The position numbers and the translations under genes are program-made. The notes under the pieces were generated by a model, which did no database searches, was not told where the DNA came from, and worked only from the letters and a program-made list of their open reading frames with translations. A DNA stretch of 64,000 nt, from assembly GCA_038204235.1 (NCBI GenBank), contig JBBRDD010000002.1, positions 4,583-68,582 of the forward strand, given 5' to 3'. Within the stretch, counting starts at the first letter, position 1. Each line of letters starts with the position of its first letter. Below are positions 29,494 through 39,700 of this stretch, in pieces. Source of the DNA: Desulfobulbales bacterium (GTDB taxonomy: Bacteria; Desulfobacterota; Desulfobulbia; Desulfobulbales; Desulfocapsaceae).

Positions 29494-30282
29494 CTAACTC
29501 ATCAGACATCTGAGTTTTAAAGTTTTAGCAACAGCACGAAGAATATCTGTTCGTGAACATTCCAGAAAAAAATGATCCCCCGAAAACATCTCCGAGGTAA
29601 ATGCATTGTTGGTTTGGTCTGCCCATGAAGAGAGGTCATCTTCCCCAACTTCTGGATCTTGCAGACCACCAAAAGCGGTTATTGGACAATCCACAGGAGC
29701 ATCAACCTTATATTTATACGTTTCATGCATTGTAAAATCCGCGCGTAAAACAGGGAGTAATAATTGCATAAATTTTTTGCATTGCAGTACTGATTCAGGG
29801 ATGTGACTATACCGGTGATTTAATCCCTCAAGAAAGTCAGGGTCGGGTAATTGATGCAGGGGAGGAAAGGGATTCGGAATGTGCGGAGCACGTTGACCAG
29901 AAACAAGTAAATGGAGCGGGACTGGTCCATTTTTTATACGGAGTTTACGGACAAGCTCAAAGGCTATAAATGCTCCGAGACTATGACCAAAAAATGCGAA
30001 TGGCAGGGTGAGATATGGCAACAGAACGTGTGCTAACGTTTCGACCACCTCGGGAAGATCACGAATCAAAACGTCCTGCAGGCGGTTTTCTCGTCCAGGC
30101 AGTTGCATTGCCCATACTTCAACATCAGGCAGTAAACCTCTGGACCAGGTTCTAAACAGCGAAGCGCCGCCCCCTGCATATGGAAAACAGAACAATCTCA
30201 CTTTTGCTTCAATATTTGGGTTTGGATTGAGAAACCACGACGAAGCATGAGATTTTTGCTGCATTTTGCACGTACTATTCAT
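29494..30282 (-). CDS. Type II thioesterase (GrsT/RifR-like)
   Basis: LFCFPYAGGGAS, QLPGRE, FGHSLG, LRADF and GDHFF motifs. Confidence 0.93.
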   Translation of the reverse strand: MNSTCKMQQKSHASSWFLNPNPNIEAKVRLFCFPYAGGGASLFRTWSRGLLPDVEVWAMQLPGRENRLQDVLIRDLPEVVETLAHVLLPYLTLPFAFFGHSLGAFIAFELVRKLRIKNGPVPLHLLVSGQRAPHIPNPFPPLHQLPDPDFLEGLNHRYSHIPESVLQCKKFMQLLLPVLRADFTMHETYKYKVDAPVDCPITAFGGLQDPEVGEDDLSSWADQTNNAFTSEMFSGDHFFLECSRTDILRAVAKTLKLRCLMS

Positions 30283-31422
30283 TTCAGATATGATTGGGAT
30301 AGTATGAGATTTCTGCTTATTCTGAAAGTTTCAGGGTCCCACAAAGTCTCCTTTGAAATTCTACGAGTCGCATGAAACAGGGAAAGAAGGGTTTTTATAC
30401 GCCTTCTGTATCGACGACTTTCCAAATGTTCGCCAAAAACCATATCAAACATCATACTACTTGCGGTACCCCATGCAACAAAGAAATTGAGTATATTCTT
30501 ATAAAAAATTACATCTCTTGACAATACGTTCCGGCCTCTTTAACAAAAAAGTATCCCGATTTTCTCATTATCTCCGGCTCAATCTTGAGCGCTAAAACGT
30601 ACAGCGGGGGGTATAATTTTTTCTCGGAAACTGCAATACAACTCTACCAATCCTCGCCTGCATCTCCTGGTACTTTGCCTCCTTGTGGAAGTGCTTATCC
30701 CAAATACTGATCGTAAAAATGGGGGTCAGAAATGACACAATGGAAAAACATATCCTCGGGGTTGTGTTTAAATTTAAATTATGATTATGTGCATACTCAA
30801 AAACTATACTCGTTTGTTCAGCCCGAATATTCCGGGGGAATAAATAAAGTTAGAGCTGAGGTCAGTTGTAAAATTGTAAAATGAGGTGACGAAAAGCAGA
30901 GAGGTCGTCGCAATGCATTTTTGATTGAGACAAATGCTCATCATGTGACTGAATCAACTGGCTTTGTGACGCCATACGAAGGTCATTCCACTGGCAACCA
31001 CCTTAGCCGCTCTGCCCCTGATTCATTGCTGGAAAAGTAGCTGTACTAAGGCAGTTACGGATTGCCAGACATAAGAGTTCCAGCGAAAAATTGACCTGTA
31101 ACCGCAATCTCATCGTTTATTTTTAATTTACTATCCGACATCGACGTACGGATCAATGACCTTAAAACGGTATAACGATTGTTTCGCAAACTTAGCAGCT
31201 GAAAGGTTCCACATCAACAGACCCAGCTAATTCAAGGAAGCGAGATAGGTTCAAAATTGTTTTTGCTACAGAGCCGATGTGTTGCAATGATCGAGTTGCC
31301 TCAGTATCAGCAAAACTTCCCCGCTGTACTCGATCCCCCATCGCTCCATATAACAGGCAAGAAAATTTTAGTATACTGCCATGGCATTGTATAGAGCCTT
31401 GTGAATTCTTAGAGGATTAACG

Positions 31423-34400
31423 ATGAAGCACCCATCAGATCGACCCGTTACATACAGCCTTACATCAATACAGAAGAGCATGTTATTCCAATCTCTTGCC
31501 GACCCTCGATCCGGTACTAACGTCGATCAAGTTATTGGTACGCTTCACGAATCATTAGACCAGGCAGCGTTCAAATTGGCATGGCAGCGCCTCGTAGATC
31601 GACATGAAGCCTTACGTATGCGTTTCATGGTGGATGACAACAGCAAAGCAAGCCAATTTTCACTCGATGAGGCAACACTCTCGCTTGACGAACACGATTG
31701 GTCGAAATTGTCGTCTCAAGAACGAGAACAACTGTTCGAAACTTTTCTAAAAGATGATCGAGTCCGCGGGTTCGATCATCAGGTGGGCATGTTGTTTCGG
31801 GTTGCTCTTTTTCGCATGGGTGAATTGGACTACCGCTTCATTTTCACCTCTTGGAAAGGGATCCTTGATGACCGTGCTCGCCTTATACTGCTTCAGGAGT
31901 TATTCCGCTTCTACGAAGCGTTCCAAAACGGCGAAGACCTCAACCTCCAATTACCTCGGAGCTACACCGATTATATAAAGCGGCGGGTTGCTCACGACAT
32001 GGCGCCCTCAGAACCCTACTGGAAAGAATTGCTTACAGGCTTTACCGAGCCTACACCGGCAGGGCTTCATCGCATGAAAAATTCACACGAAAGTGGGAAT
32101 TTCGGTAAACATGAAACGTACATATCGCAAGCACTGACCTCACAATTGCAAGCGGCTGCCAGAACACATGAGATAAGCGTGAACACGCTCATTCAAGGTG
32201 CATGGGCTCTTGTCCTCAGCCAGTTCAGCGGCCAGGACGATGTGGTGTTTGGGACCATTCGTGAGTGTCGCCATTCGGCTTTCGACGGCGACGGCGCCGG
32301 GGAGGAAATCGTTGGGTGCTTAATCAACATGTTGCCGGTCCGAGTAAAAATAAGTGAGGGAGTGCGGGTGCTGGACTGGCTCAAAGATCTTCAAACTCAG
32401 CTTGTGGCTCAGCGCTCATATGAGAATGCGTCTCATATCGCCGTCCAGAAATACAGCGGCGTCCCTCAAGATCAGCAATTTTTCCACAGCATCGTTGTCT
32501 ACAACACTCAACGGCTCGAATCCGCGCTGTGTTCTGAAGGAGATGCCCTAACCTCCCGTCTATTCGAGACAAGAGGGCAATCGAGATTTCCAATCACGGT
32601 ATACGCTTACGGCGAGCCGGATTTGCTTCTGGAAATTGCCAATGACCGCGCTTACGTTGATGACCCGACGGCGGAACGGCTGCTTGCCCACCTTGCCATG
32701 GCAATACAGTCTCTCACCGAGCAACCGGACACGGACCTCATTGAACTGCAGCTGTTGCCCGTAAAAGAACGATGGCTCTTGTTGGAAGAATGGAACCGCA
32801 CCAAATGCCCTTTCCCAAAAGAGAGTTCCATCCAACACAGTTTTGCGGAAATGGCTGCCAGAAAACCTGATGCGCCCGCCCTTACCTGCTGCAGCGACAC
32901 CTGGACGTTTCACCAGCTGGACCAAAAGGCCGAAGAGATTGCATCGCAACTCCGCGAAGCAGGAGCGCGTCCAGAGACCGTGGTCGGAATCTGTATGGAG
33001 CGATGTCTCGACCTGGTTGCCGGCATGCTCGGAATACTGAAGACGGGTGCTGCCTATATGCCTCTCGATCCTTCTTATCCCCAAGATCGTCTTCATTTCA
33101 TGATCGAGGACGCACGACCACTGGTTGTGGTATCCAACCAACTCTCGAGGGATCGATTGTCTGCGGCTGACGTGCCTGTTTATTCGGTGGACGAAGACAA
33201 CGTCATCACCGAGTCCAACGTTTTCCATGACCACAAAAGGAACAGTCATGGCGGCCATAATCTCGCATACGTTATCTACACCTCAGGTTCGACGGGCAAG
33301 CCCAAAGGTGTAATGGTTGAACAACAAAATGTCATGAATTTATTTACCGGAATGGATCTCATATACGGTCGAGACCCCGGTGTCTGCCTCGCCGTTACAA
33401 GCATCTCATTCGACCCATCTGTCCTTGATCTCCTATGGTCTCTCACGCGGGGGTATCATGTCATACTCTGGCCGGGAATGGAGAGAGAAAACGCCATGTC
33501 CATTCCCAATCTCATACAAACATACGCTGTAACACATTTAGCAAATGTCCCATCTTTTCTCCGGATGATAATGCTGCTGCCTGGTGGCATCGACGCCTTG
33601 TCGTCGCTACGACGAATCATGGTAGGCGGAGAAGCGCTGTCGCCTATTCTGCTTCGGGACCTGGGGCCGTCTATCTCTCAACGAATCGTGAATGCCTACG
33701 GACCAACAGAAACAACTGTTTTATCGACAGCTTGGGACGTTGACTCGAAGGCTCAGTCGCTTCCAATAGGTCGACCGATCGTTAATACGCAGACTTACGT
33801 CCTGGACCGTTACCGTCGTCCTGTTCCAATAGGAGTTGTGGGCGAGCTCTATATCGGCGGGGCTGGTGTTACGCGTGGTTACCTGAATCGGCCTGAGCTG
33901 ACGAACGAGAAATTTATTCCAAACCCTTTCGACAGCTCTATCGACGGACGGCTTTATCGGACTGGAGATCTTGCCCGATATAGGTCGGATGGTATGCTCG
34001 AGTTCGTCGGCCGCATCGATGAACAGGTAAAAATCCGAGGTTTCCGTGTGGAACTTGGAGAAATAGAAAAGGTACTCAGTAACCATGCGGACATCAATGC
34101 GGCAGTAGTTGCCATGCAACACACGGAGGAAGGGGGGAATCGGTTAGTCGCATATGTGGTGCCGGGTCCCAAGGGTATGCCAACGACAAAAAAACTCCGC
34201 AATTGGGTGGGAATGACACTGCCAAGCTATATGGTGCCGGCAGTGTTTGTCGAACTGGAAGAAATTCCGCGGACTTCAAACGGAAAAATGGACCGAAAGG
34301 CACTACCAGCTCCCGTCGAAAATAGTGGCACTTTGCATGGTGAAGGCAGGACGCCAACCCCGATCGAAGTAGAACTAATGGAGATCTGGTGCGAGGTGCT

Positions 34401-35772
34401 GCACCGAAAGCAGGTGGGCCTGAACGAAAATTTCTTCGACATTGGCGGAGACTCGTTAATGGCGATTGCCATGATTGTCGCAATCGAAAAACACTTCGAC
34501 GTAAATCTGCCGCTGGAGGAACTGCTCATTGCTCAGACAGTTGAAACGATCAATGATCTTTTGGTCGATAAATTGAATGTAGAAAGGATTGACGATTCTG
34601 AACCGCAAACAGAGACAGAGCGTAAACTTCATGCTATATGGGAACGCTTGCTTGACGTGCGCCCAATTGGCATCCATGACAATTTTTTCGAGTTGCGTGG
34701 AAATTCGGCGTTGTTTGATCAGATGTTAACAGAAATCAGAGAAAATTTTGACGTTTTCGTAGAAGGGCTTCCCGTCAGTGCAATGCACAAGAATCCAACT
34801 ATCAAAGCGCTGTCGCAAATAATTAATGAAGCAACCAAGAATCCAGTATCACAGGTTGTATGCCTCCAACCAAATGGACCCAATTCCCCGTTGTTCCTCA
34901 TCCATGCAGGCGGCGGTGGCATTTTCTTCTACCGACCCTTGGCCATGCGTCTTGGGCCGGATATCCCCGTTTATGCCGTGCGAGGGGAAACAAGTTTCGA
35001 CGGCATGGGAAATCCCTTTCATAAAAGCACTAGCCTGGAGGAAGTGGCCGCCCGCTATATTGACGAAATCAAGACTGTCCAACCGACCGGACCGTACTTG
35101 ATCGGCGGGGCTAGTTTCGGCGGCATCATTGCCTTTGAAATGGCCCAGCAGCTTCAATCTCAGGGAGAAAAAATGGCGGGTCCAGTTCTGCTATTTGACA
35201 CTTTTATAATGAACAACCCTCAAATTTCCAGGGAGGAAGAATCAGCCATATTTCAAAAAGCGGGCATAGAACGACCGGAAACTTTAGGAGACATAATTGC
35301 CCGCCATTTAAGACGCACTGCACAATTCGGTCTGATAAATGGGATGAGGTATGCCTTCGGTAAAATCTGGCGCCATGCTCCATGGTTTATGGCCGCGACA
35401 ACGAAACAAATGATACTTAGCCTTCGTTCCTTTTTCTCAAAACTTAACTGCAAACTCAGATGGAAAACTAAAAAATCGGGTGGAGCATCCAGTACTATTG
35501 AGTTAACAACGCAAATTATTGGAGAAGAATTCGCGAATACTTCAGCTCGGCTATGTTGGAGGTATAAACCCCGCACGTTCGAAGGGAGCGTTGTCCTTTT
35601 CAGGTCTTCCGAAAACGATCCTGAACCTCTGTGGGCCGGGCTCGCACGGGAGAAGATGGTCGTTCATTTGATGCCAGGCGACCATCTGGACATGATGGAG
35701 GAACCGGCTGTGACAATAACAGCTTCCCTGGTGAGAGAAACTCTCAAGGAACCCGTGGAACTGAGTCGTTGA
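31423..35772 (+). CDS. NRPS-C: C*(DCL-like, His-less)-A-T-T-TE(Ser)
   Basis: C motif reads WKGILDD. A-domain core motifs present. Carriers GGDS and RGNS. TE GASFG and GDHLDM. RBS AGAGGA before the ATG. Confidence 0.93.
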   Translation: MKHPSDRPVTYSLTSIQKSMLFQSLADPRSGTNVDQVIGTLHESLDQAAFKLAWQRLVDRHEALRMRFMVDDNSKASQFSLDEATLSLDEHDWSKLSSQEREQLFETFLKDDRVRGFDHQVGMLFRVALFRMGELDYRFIFTSWKGILDDRARLILLQELFRFYEAFQNGEDLNLQLPRSYTDYIKRRVAHDMAPSEPYWKELLTGFTEPTPAGLHRMKNSHESGNFGKHETYISQALTSQLQAAARTHEISVNTLIQGAWALVLSQFSGQDDVVFGTIRECRHSAFDGDGAGEEIVGCLINMLPVRVKISEGVRVLDWLKDLQTQLVAQRSYENASHIAVQKYSGVPQDQQFFHSIVVYNTQRLESALCSEGDALTSRLFETRGQSRFPITVYAYGEPDLLLEIANDRAYVDDPTAERLLAHLAMAIQSLTEQPDTDLIELQLLPVKERWLLLEEWNRTKCPFPKESSIQHSFAEMAARKPDAPALTCCSDTWTFHQLDQKAEEIASQLREAGARPETVVGICMERCLDLVAGMLGILKTGAAYMPLDPSYPQDRLHFMIEDARPLVVVSNQLSRDRLSAADVPVYSVDEDNVITESNVFHDHKRNSHGGHNLAYVIYTSGSTGKPKGVMVEQQNVMNLFTGMDLIYGRDPGVCLAVTSISFDPSVLDLLWSLTRGYHVILWPGMERENAMSIPNLIQTYAVTHLANVPSFLRMIMLLPGGIDALSSLRRIMVGGEALSPILLRDLGPSISQRIVNAYGPTETTVLSTAWDVDSKAQSLPIGRPIVNTQTYVLDRYRRPVPIGVVGELYIGGAGVTRGYLNRPELTNEKFIPNPFDSSIDGRLYRTGDLARYRSDGMLEFVGRIDEQVKIRGFRVELGEIEKVLSNHADINAAVVAMQHTEEGGNRLVAYVVPGPKGMPTTKKLRNWVGMTLPSYMVPAVFVELEEIPRTSNGKMDRKALPAPVENSGTLHGEGRTPTPIEVELMEIWCEVLHRKQVGLNENFFDIGGDSLMAIAMIVAIEKHFDVNLPLEELLIAQTVETINDLLVDKLNVERIDDSEPQTETERKLHAIWERLLDVRPIGIHDNFFELRGNSALFDQMLTEIRENFDVFVEGLPVSAMHKNPTIKALSQIINEATKNPVSQVVCLQPNGPNSPLFLIHAGGGGIFFYRPLAMRLGPDIPVYAVRGETSFDGMGNPFHKSTSLEEVAARYIDEIKTVQPTGPYLIGGASFGGIIAFEMAQQLQSQGEKMAGPVLLFDTFIMNNPQISREEESAIFQKAGIERPETLGDIIARHLRRTAQFGLINGMRYAFGKIWRHAPWFMAATTKQMILSLRSFFSKLNCKLRWKTKKSGGASSTIELTTQIIGEEFANTSARLCWRYKPRTFEGSVVLFRSSENDPEPLWAGLAREKMVVHLMPGDHLDMMEEPAVTITASLVRETLKEPVELSR

Positions 35773-36310
35773 TAAATATTTTCCACCAGGGAGCTGCGCA
35801 ACGACAGAGGTTTCAGGTGTTAACCATTTAGATCAATGACGAGTGCACCCCCATTCCGACTGGCAGTCTCCACTCTGGTTTTACCTTTTTTATTTAACAA
35901 CTATCTTCATAATATTAAGGTATATAATAAACAAAAAATCGCATTACCAGCAAACTCAGTAACGCGAGTATCACTTTTCCGCAAATCCAAAAAATAATTC
36001 CACCCAAACGGAAACGAAATTTCCACTTATCCGGAGTTTCACCCTCGATTCGATACCAGTAAGCAGTAGAGTCAGCTCAAAGATTAGTGTACAAAGTATC
36101 TCTTTTTTTATTATCTCACTGTTTCTACTAACTATCGCTGACAGCGATCGGATTATTTATCCATTCATTGCACTTCGTTTCAGATTGCTCGACGTGCATA
36201 AAAATAAGAAGATGGAAACCCTGATTTATTTAACAACCTGTCAGAAACTCTCCATTGAAACCGGTCTGTTACCCAATAGTCACCATGTTTCTTGCTTCAC
36301 GCCTCTTTCA

Positions 36311-36326
36311 TGGCACAGAATATGCA
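36311..36326 (+). promoter_or_regulatory. Putative sigma-54 (-24/-12) promoter
   Basis: TGGCACAGAATATGCA has exact GG-N10-GC spacing and a perfect TGGCAC, about 470 bp upstream of the giant DUF4082 gene. Confidence 0.6.
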
Positions 36327-36653
36327 AATCAAAAACCGTATCATATGTAATTTGAGTCCTTTTTTTTCCTGAGGGAGAGATAGACTTTCGAAAATTCATC
36401 ATGTGAATAGAGAAACTCCTATGCGTGACACCTATCTGAGCAGCGCACTGTGGGAACTACAGGAGATTGTTGTTTGACTGTGGAAAAATTGAATAACAAG
36501 AATTACCAAACCTGCGGTTACGCCCTTTTCCAGAACGGATCTCCCTGTTTTTGCATGATTACCCAAAAAACAACAGTAAAAAAACGACTATGTCATACAG
36601 TAACTTTATAACTTGTTTTTCTAATACTATAAAATTACGTGAAGGTGCTTACT

Positions 36654-36690
36654 CCCCCGAGGGGAATTTGTACTAAATACCCCGCGGGGG
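36654..36690 (+). promoter_or_regulatory. GC-rich inverted repeat / hairpin in the leader
   Basis: CCCCCG-A-GGGG-A-ATTTG-TAC-TAAAT-A-CCCC-G-CGGGGG, an imperfect inverted repeat in an AT-rich leader. Confidence 0.55.
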
Positions 36691-36796
36691 CACTGAACAG
36701 AAACAGGCATATCCGGATTAATATTAAGTTACACACTATGAATCTTTCAACCGACAGACTCATGGTTCCTCCGGATTGGCCCTTAGTGAGAGGCAC

Positions 36797-39700
36797 ATGA
36801 ATATGAGAAGTAGACAAATATTAACAAAGAAAGTTGCTCTTATGCTGGTTAGCTGGATATTCATTTTATATCCTCTGCCATCACATTCAGCCACTATGTG
36901 GAATGTATCGGACACACCGGCTCAGCCGGCTGTGACCGACGGTCAAGCCCTTGAACTGGGTGTGAAATTTCAAGCCGATATTAATGGGTATATAACAGGA
37001 TTGCGTTTTTACAAAGGTGCGGCCAATACCGGAGTGCATACTGGCAACCTATGGGCTCGCACAGGTGCATTGCTGGCCAGCGCCACATACATTAATGAGA
37101 CGGCTTCTGGCTGGCAGGAGGTGCAATTTTCACCCCCCGTAGCCATTCAGGCCGGTACAACTTATGTAGCCTCATACCATTCATCTGCCGGGTATTATGC
37201 ATTTACAGCGGATTATTTTGCAACGAATCATTATACGCCACCACTGCGAGCACTTGCCAACGGCGAGGACGGCGGTAACGGAGTGTACAAATACGGGACA
37301 AGCGGATTCCCGACCGAGACCTGGAACTCCAGTAATTACTGGGTAGACGTGGTGTTCAGCCCGAGTGAAACAAATGATACGATCCCGCCCACAATAACAG
37401 CATTCACCGTTCCCCCCACAGCCTCTTCCCTCACTGTTGCAATCAGTGAGTTTACAGCAACCGACAACGTTTGGGTGACTGGTTACCTGGTAAATGAATC
37501 GTCCACCGCTCCTCTGGCAACTGCCAGCGGATGGTCGTCGACGGTTCAAACTTCCTACGCATTTTCCACAGCCGGAAACAAGACCCTCTACGCCTGGGCA
37601 AAAGACGCCGCCGGCAATGTGTCAGCCAGCATGAGTGCGTCGGTGGTTATTACCTCACAGGTTGCTACTCTGGAACCGGCTGGCTGGTATACCGGCGATC
37701 TGCATGTGCACCGAAGCTGTGGTGGAGCTCCGATAGATATGCAGACTATGTACGATACCATGAACGCCGAGAATTTGTCGGTCATTTCATTGCTGGCAGA
37801 TATGGGTAATGGGGAGGTACAGGATCCAATTCTTGACTTGCCAAAGGTGAACGGACTGGATGATCCAATATCAACCCCTGGACGTATTGTCCACTGGGAT
37901 GCAGAGTGGCATTGGGATGCAACCTACTTCGAGTACCCACACCAGGCCCTTGGCGGGCATATACTCGCCCTGGGGCTTTCAGAGGCTCATCAGATATGGG
38001 AAGAATATACGTATCCGATTTTTGACTGGGTGCACCAGCAGAATGGCATCGCCGGGTTTGCCCATATGCAATATCTGGGAGATGGTATTCCCCAGGACCT
38101 CAATTGCTGTGGCCCTGTTGAATATCCGGTAGAGGTCGCTTTGGGAACCGTTGATTTCCTCTCCGAGGATGCAATTAACGGTGACGATTCCTTCATCAAT
38201 GCCTATTACCGTCTCTTAAATACCGGATTTCGTCCGGGCTTTGCAGGAGGTTCGGACTTCCCTTGTAATTCAGGGGTGGGAACCTTTCTCACCTATGCCC
38301 AAACGGCGGATGGAGAATTAACCTACCGCAATTGGATTGAGGGGATAGCCCAGGGCAGGACAGTGATATCACGCAACGGGCACAATGAGTTTCTGCAGTT
38401 GACGGTTAACGGAAACGCAACGCCTGGAGACCAGATCAATTTATCTGGCGGTGGCAGCGTACCGGTCGCAATTCAATGGACAGCAAATCAGAACCTTACC
38501 GGGACAATTGAGCTGGTGCAAAACGGCGTCGTCGTGGCCAGCGGACAAGGGTCGGTTGCGCCGGGTCTTCCGGCGAGCTTAAACGCAACCGTTACTTTTG
38601 CAAAGAGTGGCTGGCTGGCTGCTCGCCGCATGAGCAGTAATGGTTACAAGGTCCATACAGCCGCTGTATTTGTGTTGGTCGATAACGCTCCTGTGCGCGC
38701 AAGTATTGCGGATGCCGAATTTTACGTGCAGTGGATCGACAACCTGCTCGCAAAAACCTCACCGGGAGGAGACTGGAACTCATATTTCCCCAACAACCTG
38801 ATACAGGCGCAAACACGATACCAACAAGCCCGCGCTGTCTTTCAGCAGATAGCAGTAGAAGCCGGCAGTGTTGATACCTTACCGACTGTGACCTTAGTCT
38901 CACCTGCCGACGGAGCTTTGTATGTAAACGTTGCCACACCGGTCAAAGCGGTATTCAGTGAGCCGATGGATGTAGCGACTATCAACAGTTCCACATTTGA
39001 GTTGCGCGATGCCGCAAGCACCCTGATATCAGCGACAGTAAGTTACGACGGCACTACCAATACCGCAACGCTGACACCCGTTACGGCTCTCGGGGAATCA
39101 ACAGGCTACACGGCAAAAGTGCTGAGTGGCCCGGCAGGGGTGAAGGATGTAACCGGCAATCCCCTGACATCGGAACGCAGCTGGTCTTTCACCACCGCGG
39201 TCCAGTCGACATCGACGCCTCACAGCCTGTGGGACAATTCTGTCATCCCTGCGCTTCTCTCAGACTCTGATACCAACGCAGTTGAGCTGGGCGTGAAATT
39301 TACCAGCAATGCAGACGGACTCATCACTGCCCTGAGGTTTTATAAGGCTGCAGCAAACACCGGCACCCATGTGGGCAACTTGTGGACCACAGGCGGCACC
39401 TTACTGGCCAGTGTCACTTTTACCAATGAAACTGCTTCAGGCTGGCAGGAGATGCCTTTAGCCACTCCTGTGGCCATCACCGCTGGCACAGCTTACGTTG
39501 CCTCCTATCACACCAACGTTGGCCGCTATTCTGCCAACGGAGCATATTTTGCCAATTCGGGATTTGACAACCCGCCTCTGCGGGCTCTTGCTAACGGTGA
39601 AAACGGCGCCAACGGCGTCTACCTTTACGGAGCGGGCGGATTTCCCAACCAGACCTGGAATGCAACAAACTACTGGGTTGACGTGGTTTTCTCGGCGTCC

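Noticed and set aside
30279-30524. 81-aa ORF upstream of TEII (possible MbtH or carrier protein)
   Set aside because: Lacks the MbtH Trp motifs and a carrier Ser motif, and has a TTG start; probably spurious.
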